This document shows, one piece after another, positions 14,380 through 26,221 of a stretch of DNA of 55,181 bases. How positions within the stretch are numbered: position 1 is the first letter of the stretch; every line of letters begins with the position of its first letter. The notes beneath the pieces are model-generated. The model saw only the letters and a list, made by a program, of their open reading frames with translations, was not told the origin of the DNA and searched no databases. Both the position numbers and the translations under genes were made by a program. The stretch lies in NCBI GenBank assembly GCA_001938485.1, contig MQRK01213248.1:1-55181 (forward strand). The letters run 5' to 3'. Origin of the DNA: Girardia tigrina. Its lineage: Eukaryota.

Positions 14380-15230
14380 ATCTGGCATAATATCAAATAC
14401 ATGCTTGGTTAAAATTGGACCAACATTTACCGATAAATTTACCTTGCATTTACAACTAAAAACCTGACCATACGTGCATTTTACCTTAGTTTCTTACGGA
14501 TATATTTTAATATTTTCTAGCTGAGATAATTGTTTCACAAAGTTTTCACTTACAATATTCAAATCTGCTACTGTATCAAACAACATTAATTTTATTGTTT
14601 AAAACGAAACACTGAACTATCGGCTTATTTACTAACGACTGATTTTTAAAAGCACTTCTTTGTAGAGCGAACTTTTCGATTTCGTTGTGGTACCGTTATT
14701 CATATCAAATTATAGCTTTACAAAATCGTTTGATGCGTTCGACTTTATTATGTCTACAACAGTTTTGTTTATCACTATATTTTTAATCGGAATCCTTACT
14801 GAATCATCTGATTTGATATTTAGCTTAAACTCTTCCAATTTTACTCCTTTGGAAAAAAACCAGCAATGCTTATTTTTGTTCTTACCTCAATTACAAGATT
14901 GGTAACAATTCACAAACTTTAGATCTTTGCGTGTCGAATTTTTCGATCAATTTAAAAGCCAGTATCTGTGTATTAAAACATTTCAAATCGGGACCAATAT
15001 CATATTGAATTTCTTCCATGAGATCTTTGTCAAAATACGAAGAAAACGCCTACATCTTAGTGTTTTCGTCTATTTTCGCTTCTTCGAATAATGTTAAAAA
15101 TTCTTTAACATTATTGAAGTGTTCCGCAACTGGCTTTTCCTTCAAATGAGTTCTTTCGAAGATAAACAATTTTTCTTTTTTTTCTTAAATATGATTTGTA
15201 GTGATCCTAAAAAATCATCACTTTCATTAT
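14380..15230 (-). pseudogene. Decayed LTR-retrotransposon gag plus aspartic protease
   Basis: Manual translation gives gag-like EFLTLFEEAKID...KLIEKF and a retropepsin motif INVLFDTVADLNIVS (14560-14590); cut at ~14380 by a MULE-like terminus. Confidence 0.7.
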
Positions 15231-15434
15231 ATTAATATGAATTAAAAAAATAGATAAAAAAGTGTAGCACAACGTTAAAAATTCAAATAAAAAAAAGAAA
15301 CGATAAAGATTAATTATAACTGAAAAAATTTATTTTAATTATTAAATCTTTTAATAATTGAACAATCAAAAACGAAAAGCAGAACTTTTAAGCTTCCTTG
15401 TATATACTTGAATGTTACTCGTTGAATAAATATT

Positions 15435-15839
15435 TTATTCGACTTTTGTTTTTTTAATTAATATTAATAGGAAATTCCCTTCAAGGAATTCTTTTGATTG
15501 AGTTTCATGATGGGCAAGATGGTGGCCCTCAGTTACGAACACCGACGTCTTCAAATAGAGGTAATTATCTTTAAGGCGATAATATCAAATACATGCTCCG
15601 TTTTTTCTACGGCAGAACCAATCGATTGCTGGGGAATCATTAAATTCCCGTCCGCAATGGATTTGGAGAGTGGGTGGACGTGCGGCAATTCTTCCGAAGG
15701 CTGAGACGAGTGCCTGTACGGACAGTGACACAAGCATCCCGAATTTCTCGGTCACTATGAGAACTGATGGAAAAGTTTCATCGATGACATACATCACATG
15801 ATTTCTTCTAGAAACGTCTGCGCAGTTACGTTTGTTCAT
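15435..15839 (-). pseudogene. Short ORF with rve-integrase-like pattern (one internal TGA)
   Basis: HVMYVIDE...LVSAFGRIAARPPTLQIHCGREFND..IDWFCRRKNG parallels rve YILVIID...PxxLQTDNGREF...FC..NG; the frame continues 49 codons past the TGA at 15585-15587. Confidence 0.4.
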
Positions 15840-16031
15840 GACACCATGTTATGGTATTAAATAAAAGATCGATAGATGGTTTTATAAGATGTTTATTCAC
15901 AAAAAAACAATGTTTATATAGTAATATTTAAGCAATATATAAATTCCTATTTTTAAAAATTTCTAACTTTTAACCGTTTTTGACAATTATCATAAATTAT
16001 AATATAACACTTCTTTAATTAAAAAACACGA

Positions 16032-16349
16032 TTATTTCAGATTAGTATCGAACATTTCATACCACACATCTTCGATGCCTTTCAGAATAGGTTCTATGCA
16101 TATATTTTTCGCCACATTCGACACCAAATCATAGCTTTTTTCCAAAACTTTCAATCGTCTCAAAAAAGAATTTCTTTCGGTCGGTAGATTTCGAAAACTG
16201 ACAAACGACACCTCTGATCGTTTTAAATAGAACGTTTTCATCAACTGTTTTACAGTGTATTTTACAGTTTTTGATTTTTGATTACAAGTAAAGACTTTTG
16301 AGCTCTCTTTCAACAAATTATCGACAATTAAAAACCCACTTTTGTCTAT
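16032..16349 (-). CDS. Orphan ~100-aa intronless ORF upstream of the rve-like ORF and gag
   Basis: Stop-free, protein-like frame in AT-rich DNA; likely start ATA-GAC (possibly a decayed ATG); no domain recognised. Confidence 0.35.
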   Translation of the reverse strand: MDKSGFLIVDNLLKESSKVFTCNQKSKTVKYTVKQLMKTFYLKRSEVSFVSFRNLPTERNSFLRRLKVLEKSYDLVSNVAKNICIEPILKGIEDVWYEMFDTNLK

Positions 16350-16699
16350 GGAACAGGTAAATATTATTCAAAAATCGTTGTAAAAATTTAAATTTATTTA
16401 TTTTCACATTTATTTTTTTAAACAATTACTTTTATATGAAACAATATTTTTACATTAAAATACCACACAACAAATCATGCATGGAAAACTTTGAAAATTG
16501 AAATTTCACTGGTTATATCATGAATTAAAGTCTTTTATTTTTAACAAAATCCAATTTTTAAAACCAAAATATCTCAACAATTCACGAAGCTCCAATTTTT
16601 CGATCTTTGAATTATCTATTTTACTCTCCCAAAGGTAAGTCGAATATTCTCAGAGTTCACGAAACAGAACTTATTAATAATGATGTGGATATTTTAGCA

Positions 16700-19600
16700 C
16701 GTTTTTGATTTACAATGAGTAATACCAGCAAACATTTTATTCCATATGGCGTGCAAGCAGTACCGTGACTCTATGAATCTGACAAAACAAATCCGGCCAT
16801 GCGACAAGACAAAGGTGCGACAAAATTATGACTGTGAAGAATCATTTTCCAGTGGATGGTAAAGTTGTTTGAAAGTGGTTCGTTGGTGAACAAACCAAGA
16901 ACAGTAGCTCTTCTGTATGGGGTTATTATGAGGACAATTCAGATCATTCCGTTGCAGACAATTCTCACTTGTCTACCAAGAAAAGATCAGCAGAGTTGGA
17001 TATTCCAGGAATCAATCTGCAGAGAATTTTGAAAGATGTTTTGGAATTGAGACCCTGAAAACCATGCCAAGTTCAATTTCCGACAAATTCTTACCGACAA
17101 CTTCGAGTGCAGTGCTGTTAAGCCATCATTAGGAAATTTCATAATCCCAGAAGATTTGAAAATTTGTTTTTCACTGATGAATGTGCCTTTTATGAGGATG
17201 GAAAGCAAATCAACTCGGTTTTCTGGAGCAGAGAAAATTCCTACTTCTAGGAGAATATTTCCTAGAATCACCTTCAGCAATGGTTTTGATGGAAATGAAT
17301 GTTAATTGTAAAAGTACATTATTTTTGATTTATTATTTTTTTGACCCCAACCAATTAAATGAATTGTGGTGATCAGAAAAGAAATGTTTAAAGTTAAGAA
17401 GGTTCATATCGGACAAGAAAAGAATGGTCCAACACAAAAAGAATAAAGAAATTCAAGCCAAATAATAATAAATTTGGCTTAGAATTAAAATTAAAAAAAT
17501 CAATAAAGATATTGATTAAGAATATTCGAAAATTTATAGATCACAGTACAAAAACAAACAGAATAGGCACAATAAACATACTAAACAAAAGAGACATCAA
17601 TTTAAAAACCATTAAAACAAAAATTCAAAGAAAACAAATCTATACAACAAACCAAACACAACATATCTACGCAACAAAACAAATACAACCAACCTACAAA
17701 ACAGAATAAACACAACAAAACCATACAACAAAATTAATAAAACATTTAAAATAAAGATATTCCATAATTCAGGAAAAGATATCCAAAGACAAATACTTAC
17801 ACAAAACAATCACATAACTAAACTAATTAACTATTCACAAATCAAGAAGGAACAAGAAGAAGAAATCGAAACAAAAACAATGACCAAACCTTACAATAAA
17901 AATAATAATCAGAAAGAAACCTACACGGAAATCAAAACATTACATCCAAAACTAAACAACAACACCTAACTTAAAGAAAAAACAATCAAAAATCTAAAAC
18001 ACTCCAACCAACACAAAGAAACTCAAACATCGAAAATCGATTTAAAAAAGAAACACAATCCAACTCTAATTCAACTAGAAATTCAAAAGACGATCAAACA
18101 CAAACAGAAAATACGATTAAGCTACTCGAATCTCAAACAATACAGACGACAGAAATCACCACAATACCAAAGATCGAAAAATCAATCCAAACAGACGCTT
18201 CATCAGTAAAAAAACGACCCAAACCACATCAAAACAGAATCACAATCAGTACAAACAGATAATACAAACACAAACAAAACAAACGAAAAAGAAATAGGAA
18301 ATATGGCAATCGAAAAACCAAAAGACAATGGAAACAACAAATTACATACAGAAATAAATATGATAACAGACATGGATACACAAAAGAAAATGAGAGACGT
18401 AAAAAAACAATGAAGAAAAACATTTCACACAAAACGAAAGCCTTAAAGATTTTTTTGCGTTAATTAAAAACAACGAAAACGACACGTTTGAAGGTCCATA
18501 CGAAATAATTGATCATGAGAAGAAATCATTCGTCATAAATATCGATATTAAAAATGTGTCTGTAAATCGAAAGAGAATACGATTTTGTTCTAAAAGAAAC
18601 CTAGAAGAAATCAATTTTGGACTACTAGATAAAGAACTAAGAAACAAAATAAAGCCACGATTTAGCCCAAATTATTTCACAGATATAAATTCATACAATC
18701 ATTTATAAAACAAATTAAAAATAAATCTCTGCGCATTTAGGGGACGGCTAATGTAAAAGTACATTATTTTTGATTTATTTTTTTTGACACCAACCAATTA
18801 AATGAATTGTGGTGATCAGAAAAGAAATGTTTAAAGTTAAGAAGGTTCATGTCGGACAAGAAAAAGATGGTCCAACACAAAAAGAATAAAGAAATTCAAG
18901 CCAAATAATAATAAATTTGGCTTAGAATTAAAATTAAAAAATCAATAAAGATATTGATTAAGAATATTCGAAAATTTAAAAATCAAAATCTAACGAAAAG
19001 AAAGCAAATCAGTCAATTCCCGCCATTTAAAAACAGCAAAAAAATTAAAAGAATTTGATTTCTAAGCTTGGAGCGTAGTAAGAAGACTAAAAAAATAACA
19101 ACAACCAGTCCACTCAACTCAAAAGAAAAATAATTTCAAGTAACGTGTATTTTGTTAAAGAAAAACCAATCAACTTATTTCTTGTTGGTGTGATTGAAGA
19201 AGATTTTTCTTATCCTTCCGTTATAGTCGCGAAATTTTAATATAGTTGATAATTGTTTCTTATCGTGTTTGCCTTTATTTATTCGATTAATAAACTGTAA
19301 AAGAAAGCAATTCGATTAAGCAATTGAGAAACAATGTTAGAAGCTTACAATTGCTTTCTTTTACATTAACCACCTCGTTGGGCCCTTTTTCTTCAATGGT
19401 ATGATAACGTTCAATGCTTATATAAAAATGTTGGGCACAGAATTTTTTACCAGCATTAGAGCAAAAACGTGCACATTTTCCCAGTAATTTCCAACAAGAC
19501 GGAGCTCCAGCTCATACGGTGAATGCAACAAGAGAGTTCTTTAATGCCGAATTTCCTGACTGGTAGGTGGGAAAATATTTCCCAATAGCCTGGCCCTCAA

Positions 19601-19900
19601 AAAGGCAGAACTTCCGGTTTTGCGAAACACCCTTATGGAGAATCATCAAGCCTCAAGTCCTGTTGTGAAAATTTCGTATAGTCAATGAGCTAAAGGACGT
19701 GGTCAAACATGAAATCCTAGCCAATCAGACATCTACATTGCAGGCTATTCACAAATATACACTCCGACTTTTCTAATTAATCATTAACAATGATTGATAT
19801 CTGGTTAAGCCGTTTGATGGTTGACCGGTGTTCTATGTAATAAATTGGATTCTTTTGCGTTTAAAAAGGGTAGGAACAAAACTAGGTAGGGACCACCCTA
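16700..19900 (+). mobile_element. Decayed Tc1/mariner-superfamily element (DUF4817/DD41D-like), split by an LTR element
   Basis: WMVKLFESGSLVNKPR, LFFTDECAF, FQQDGAPAH, WP motifs; the frame MNVNHLVGPF is restored when 17307-19365 and one TSD are removed; 3' TIR-like end ~19870-19900. Confidence 0.8.
17307..19365 (+). mobile_element. Non-autonomous (internally deleted) gypsy-type LTR retrotransposon
   Basis: 5' LTR remnant 17307-17536 is near-identical to the start of the 3' LTR 18752-19365; TGTAAAAG...CTTTTACA termini; TSD ttaat/ttaac; purine tract before 18752; FEGPYEII (GPY/F) integrase C-terminal motif ~18487-18510. Confidence 0.9.
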
Positions 19901-20540
19901 AAGTGCTGCTTGAGCATTACATTAGATAAGTTAATTTTTATTTCTTTAATCTTACAAAGTGACCACTACACAGTAAAATATGAGAACCCAAAATGTCTGG
20001 AAGGCTTTATTTAAACAATGAACAGATAATTTAAAAGAGACCGGTTTTAAATATTGATGGTTCTGAAGATTTCTCTGGCTTATGATTTGAAAAAGCAATT
20101 GTGCTTTGGTTTTTTAAGAAATAAAAATTGTAAGAAAAAAAACAAGAAAAATTACAAATATCGAAACAGATACAAAATATTTATGGACAAGTGCACCCAG
20201 AAAAGTCTAAACTGTTGACCAGTTTAGCACAATGGTAGGTAACAATTTTAACGATTTAAAGATGTTTGATATTACCTAGGATTAACTATTTTAATATTCT
20301 TTAAGACTTAAAGATTAAAACTTATAGTTTCAGTAATTTAAAAATCTGTCAAATAATATTTAGTGAATATGTTTAACTAACCGAATTTATGATCTGAATA
20401 CTAATCGTCTATTTACAAAAATGCGAAATTCCGTTTAAAAAAACAGTAAACGAAAGACACAGATTAAACGAAAAAAACATTTATTATAAGTTTAAATGAA
20501 CGCAAAATATTACTTTTACAAATTTATTAACAAAATATCA

Positions 20541-20684
20541 TTAACAAGCTGAAAAATCCCAGAGAATAACTGAATGGTCGTATGACCCTGACACGAGCAT
20601 TTCATTGTTGAACTGCAAACAACTCACTCCATCTTTGTGACCGTGATATGTATGAAGTCTGGTTCCATTTTCTATACTCCAGAC
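20541..20684 (-). CDS. WD40 gene, terminal exon (blade 7)
   Basis: ctaatcag|VWSIENGTRLHTYHGHKDGVSCLQFNNEMLVSGSYDHSVILWDFSAC*; phase 0 matches the donor at 37929; AATAAA follows at 20528-20523. Confidence 0.92.
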   Translation of the reverse strand, partial: VWSIENGTRLHTYHGHKDGVSCLQFNNEMLVSGSYDHSVILWDFSAC

Positions 20685-20888
20685 CTGATTAGAAAATAGT
20701 CAAATAACGCTAATCAAAGTATTTTGTATTTAAATCCCAACAGATTAACCCTCTTCAAACAAAACCAACAATAATATATAATCACTTAAACATCAACACA
20801 ATGTTTATGCAATAGTCAAAGACGGTCAACAAATTGTTGCTACACATGTGGAACAATCACTATGTGAAGAATCGAAAAACCAAAACGT

Positions 20889-21374
20889 ATGATGCACGAG
20901 GCTAACTTACCGGAAGTAATTAAATCCGTAATCGAGAAATTGAAAAATATCAGATTTGAAAACAGTGAAGTGACCAGTATCAGTCAACAAATTATCTTCG
21001 ACAATGTGTTGAAAGACTGTTCTCAGTTCACGGTTCGATCAAACTTTAGCGATCAACAGAACAAGATTCGTGGAGCAGACTTTAATTCTCGTAATTTATA
21101 TCATTGTAGAAAAGCAGAACACATTCGACATGATTGTCCGGAAATAATTAAAATTTGTTATGGATACCAGAGTATGACACATATACAAAGAGATTGTTTA
21201 CACAAAAAATGTTCCATATGTAACAGCCAGGGATATAGGGTGGCACACAGTCATCTGTGGAATCAAGAATCAAGTCGATACAATCAACTTGACCGACGAT
21301 TTAGGCACGAAGTAACCAGGTTTCAAGACAGTGATGAGCCGCGATTGGTCGGATCAGAGGCGCCATCAATTTAG
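20889..21374 (+). pseudogene. Retroelement Gag C-terminus with three degenerate zinc knuckles
   Basis: YHCRKAEHIRHDC, CYGYQSMTHIQRDC, CSICNSQGY. Confidence 0.75.
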
Positions 21375-21419
21375 GAGATGGTTGGAGCTATCAATTAATT
21401 ATTAAGAATATTTTTGATC

Positions 21420-23240
21420 CATTTAGTAGTTTTCGCTATACTTCTATCGATATTTTCCAGATGTTGTTGTTTCCGAGGTGGAGCTTGGCAGCTCGTCTTC
21501 CTTATCTGCTTCTCAAAACCTTCATGCTTACATGTTTAAGCATTGTAGGTTTATCTTTTACTTTAGGAACGTTTATATTCCCTTTACAACCATCGATGAG
21601 TGGGATATCAGAATTAGGAAAAATCTCAAAAATATTCTTGGACTTGAAACTCAAGCATCCAATCCAACCTACCTTTACTGCCTTCGGGAGTTTGGTGGAA
21701 TTGGTCTTTCTTCTCTTGCAGATGAGTATCTATTTCAAACCATCAGTTACTCATTTTATACTCTCAACTATACGGATACATTTCTTAAAGATGCTACGGA
21801 TGTCTCCCTGCGACGGACATTCACCGAGTTCATCTCGGATATTGAGATTTTTGATGGGTTAAATACTGACTACAACTCCCAAGTCCAGCATGTCATAAAG
21901 ATCTTTCCAAAATACATAGAATCTCACTTAAATTTCAACCTTCTACACCGACTTTATGCCTTAAAATCACCAAACATATTACTAATGATTACCAGAACTT
22001 TTCTTGCAATGAAACAATTAGAAAACAGGACACTAAGGATAACATGGCATTAGTGACCAAAAAATAAAGGTAAATAGAAAGCACTTAGGGAAAAAATCGC
22101 CAATAGCTACGGGGATACTTGGTTAATTACAGTGCGGTTCATAAGTAAGTTCGCACCCTAACAATTTCAATATATCTCAATAAAACGATGAAAAAGTCTT
22201 TATTATTTTAATTGCATTGTTTAAAATGATTAAAATTGATNNNNNNNNNNNNNNNNNNNNNNNNNNNNNNNNNNNNNNNNNNNNNNNNNNNNNNNNNNNN
22301 NNNNNNNNNNNNNNNNNNNNNNNNNNNNNNNNNNNNNNNNNNNNNNNNNNNNNNNNNNNNNNNNNNNNNNNNNNNNNNNNNNNNNNNNNNNNNNNNNNNN
22401 NNNNNNNNNNNNNNNNNNNGAGAGTTTATATCACACAACTATCTCCAAGCGTGGAATTCAAAAGTTGTTAAAAAAATATGCTGTTACTGGAAGTTACGAA
22501 GACATTCAACGAAGTGGCAGACCTCATAAATTGTCGGAGCGTTCAAAACGTTTAATACGACGCACCTCCTTATCTTGTTTTTTGAAATTTGGCGTTGGAG
22601 TACTGAAAAGAATAAATGGCAACCTAAACGTAGAAAAATATCAAAAGGAAATAATAATACATGAAATAAAAAAAACGTTTTGAACGTTCCGACAATTTAT
22701 GAGGTCTGCCACTTCGTTGAATGTCTTCGTAACTTCCAGTAACAGCATATTTTTTAACAACTTTTGAATTCCACGCTTGNNNNNNNNNNNNNNNNNNNNN
22801 NNNNNNNNNNNNNNNNNNNNNNNNNNNNNNNNNNNNNNNNNNNNNNNNNNNNNNNNNNNNNNNNNNNNNNNNNNNNNNNNNNNNNNNNNNNNNNNNNNNN
22901 NNNNNNNNNNNNNNNNNNNNNNNNNNNNNNNNNNNNNNNNNNNNNNNNNNNNNNNNNNNNNNNNNNNNNGATCAATTTTAATCATTTTAAACAATGCAAT
23001 TAAAATAATAAAGACTTTTTCATCGTTTTATTGAGATATATTGAAATTGTTAGGGTGCGAACTTACTTATGAACCGCACTGTATACTTAACACATTCATT
23101 GTTGGATGCATCGGTACATGGTTACCCAAAATTGACGATATTCTAAAACTTATGTACTTGTAGAAGCGAAAAGTGGCAATAGCCAATGCGTGTGTCACCT
23201 CTAACATCAGATCGTCCTCCCTAGAGTGGATTGCTTTTCA
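21420..23240 (+). mobile_element. RLE-clade (R2/NeSL/R4-like) non-LTR retrotransposon remnant
   Basis: RT thumb DIRIRKNLKNILGL...YLYCLREFGGIGL; RLE C-terminus KGK*KAL...FIVGCIGTW is restored in frame when the Tc1 at 22130-23081 is removed. Confidence 0.8.
22130..23081. mobile_element. Fold-back non-autonomous Tc1 derivative
   Basis: TA-flanked; CAGTGCGGTTCATAAGTAAGTTCGCACCC termini; 22130-22240 mirrors 22971-23081 and ~22447-22551 mirrors ~22675-22779; HTH fragment RSGRPHKLSER. Confidence 0.9.
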
Positions 23241-23429
23241 GGGCTCACGAGACTCTCGGACTCAAATTCTGACCCAAGTTGTGCAGAAACCTGAGAATTT
23301 TGAAGAAGAGAGTGATGAAGAAGGAGAAATATTCAATCCTGCTGTCAAAATAACTAGAGACCCATAACGAAAACTACACTGAGTTTACGAAAATAACAAA
23401 TTAGAATATGGCGCAACCCATCAAAACTA

Positions 23430-24245
23430 CGATTACAAAAACTTGCTATGTACGATCAGTCTTGATATGGTGTTAAAATATAGGAAAAGCCTATTGCATC
23501 AAAATTCGGATGTTCTCTCAAGGAAGGATTGCCAAATGTGTGCACAATGTCTTCTGCAGCATGAGCAAGAAAAATTGGTAAAGTCAAGGAAGAGAATGTT
23601 GGTATTACAATACAATTCTGTGGACCACTGCCTGTGGTAAATGAGAATAAATATGTCTGGAATTATTGACAGATTCAGCAGTATAACAATTAGTATAACG
23701 GCTGCGAATCATTAAGATGAAGCAACGGTAATCAAATTTGAGTTTCAACGTTTTTAGAATATGTATAATCCATGCTTTTAGCGATTCACTTTTCGAGCCC
23801 ATATCGCCACAGCGCAAACGGGATTATAAAACGACAATTTCGCACCATTCTAGATGTCCTAAATGCTACATTGAAGGTTACATGAGGGGCAAAGTGTGTT
23901 GAACTCCTTCCAAAACTGAAATCCTGTCTGGACACGTCAAGACAGAGCATCAGTAGAGTTAGCCCAGCAGAAGTAATATTGGGGAAACTTATTACATTGG
24001 ATGAAGAATATATTAAAGCAATACAAATTGTTAAAACATGCCAGGAAGTAGCAACACAGCATAAATTTAAGGAAGGAGATTATGTATTGGTAAAACGAGA
24101 AAATAAACTGAAAGGGCCTAAAGATATGAATGACCATACAAAATCATCCAAAAAGCGCATGATCATAGTGCAGAACTGAAAAATAAGACATCATATTATA
24201 ACAAGGAATATAGAATGACTAAAGCCTTTTAAAGAAGTTTATGTT
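23430..24245 (+). mobile_element. Gypsy pol fragments (RNase H end, integrase C-terminus)
   Basis: DMVLKYRKSLLHQNSDVLSR; FKEGDYVLVKREN..KGP. Confidence 0.65.
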
Positions 24246-24258
24246 AGGATAATAGTAG

Positions 24259-24260
<2 letters not shown>

Positions 24261-24311
<51 letters not shown>

Positions 24312-24361
24312 NNNNNNNNNNNNNNNNNNNNNNNNNNNNNNNNNNNNNNNNNNNNNNNNNN

Positions 24362-24391
<30 letters not shown>
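24261..24391. repeat. (TA)n microsatellite spanning a gap
   Basis: Direct inspection; other (TA)n runs at ~6902-6926 and ~38349-38412. Confidence 0.95.
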
Positions 24392-24395
<4 letters not shown>

Positions 24396-25138
24396 ATATA
24401 TATACCTAAACTCATGTTTATATTTATATGCATAAAATATTTTAAATATTATTATAAAATTCTCCTTAAACATTAATATTTGTCTAAATATTCAGATTTA
24501 AAAGTCCTGTGATTTTAAATAAATTATTGATAAAACGTCTTATGTTTAATTTAACCTTCAACAAAAAAAAGAGAAACCTTTTTTAAAGTCATCAAATTAA
24601 ATTTAGACAGAAGAATATGAAAAGAAAAAAGTTAATATTTAGTGATTCATTGTATGAAGGTCATAATGAAATGTTAATTTAAAACAAATAATCAATTATA
24701 AATCAATTGCACTTAAAACATTTAGGCATAATTATTAATCTAAATTTAATTAATTGTTAACCAATTGTCAATATTTAAATAATCATCGAATAACAAATAT
24801 TGTCAAATGTTTCAGACAACTACTATTACTTTGTAACAATAATTCGAAATTGTACGGTGAAGATCAATGAAGGAAGTCAAAATTTATAAATACATATTAT
24901 TGAGACAGACATAATGTTAAACAAATATTAGACAAATGCTAAGTAGAATATATAGCACGAGATCAGAAAGGAGGTTAAAGGAACAGTGTTAAGATTAAAG
25001 AAATTCAAAGGGAGTCGAGAATCTCTTGTGCTTAAGAGTGGGCCTGAAAAATATTAATTATTTGAGATTAAATTATATTTTTCGATTTAACCAGCAATTT
25101 AAAATTGACTAAAAAAATATTTTTTGTTAATATTATTA

Positions 25139-26221
25139 CAGGGTTTTTCGATCTATTTTCCAATACTTGCAATCATTTTTCCAATCTTTGCAATCGTTAT
25201 TCCAATTCTTAATAAAATTACTTAAAATCAAATTTGTTTTAAAACGTTTTTTGATTTTTTTATACATGAAAAATTATAACAGAAGAAACTGCAAAATTAA
25301 TATTAAATTCAGTTACATCAATAACATCAATAAAATTAAATAAATAAATAACCTCAGAAAGAACAAAAAAAGTATATGTAATATATATTTAAGAAACAAA
25401 GTTTATTCAAGAATTGTTCCTCTCTTTTCCGTTTTAATAACATATCGAACCATTTTCCTAAAATACCCATCACAATCAGATGCAGTAATTACCCCAAATC
25501 CTCCTTCAATCAACCTTTTCAATTCTTCTTCGTTTCCAGCACAACTGTACAAATATTTCGAGAAATAATTCTGTTGGGTTTAAAAAGGTGAATACTGAGA
25601 GAGGTATTCAATTGTCAAATTGAGTTCTTTTGTTACTTTTAATCCAGAATAATGATAAACTCTTTTCTTGATAAACATTTTTCAGTTCAACAAGTACGGC
25701 CTTAAAATCTTCATCATTTAATGCCTTGTCATGAATTTTATTAAAAAACATTGATATTTTATTCATGGCTGCAAAAACAGAAATGTTCCTAGTTCTTACT
25801 GCAGAAACTTTTCACAGGTTTTCTCAAAATTTTTATTTTAGCTCCAAAGCATCAGAAATTGCTTTGGTTGAATGGGCTTGCCTAATTTTAATAGCAATTT
25901 TCTTTGGTCTCCCTGAGAAATATTCCTGTTCCTTCTACAATTTTTCATGTATAAAAAAATCAAAAAACGTTTCAAAACAATTTTGATTTTATTAAATTTT
26001 ATTGATTAAAATTATATCATTGGAAAATTGATTACAAGAACTAGAAAAGCGATTGCAAAGATTGGAAAAATAATTGCAAAGAAATTAAAAAAATGTGATT
26101 GCGTAACCGTCATTGGAAAATTGATTGCAAAGATTGGAAAAATGAAAAATTAAAAAAAACGATTACGTAACCTTCATTGGAAAATTGATTGCAAAGATTG
26201 GAGAATAGATAGAAAACCCTA
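25139..26221 (-). mobile_element. Internally deleted Tc1/IS630-like element with repetitive TIRs
   Basis: TA|CAGGGTTTT...AAAACCCT(a)|TA; ~20-bp subterminal repeats TTTTCCAATCTTTGCAATC at both ends; IEYLSQYSPF and ITASDCDGYF transposase remnants. Confidence 0.8.

Noticed and set aside
24832-25140. Apparent solo LTR (TGTAACAATA...TATTATTACA)
   Set aside because: The terminal CA belongs to the adjacent Tc1-like TIR; no TSD
26020-26200. CRISPR-like repeat spacing; Fanzor/TnpB cargo in the IS630-like element
   Set aside because: The repeats lack unique spacers and are TE subterminal repeats; no RuvC or zinc-finger motifs were seen
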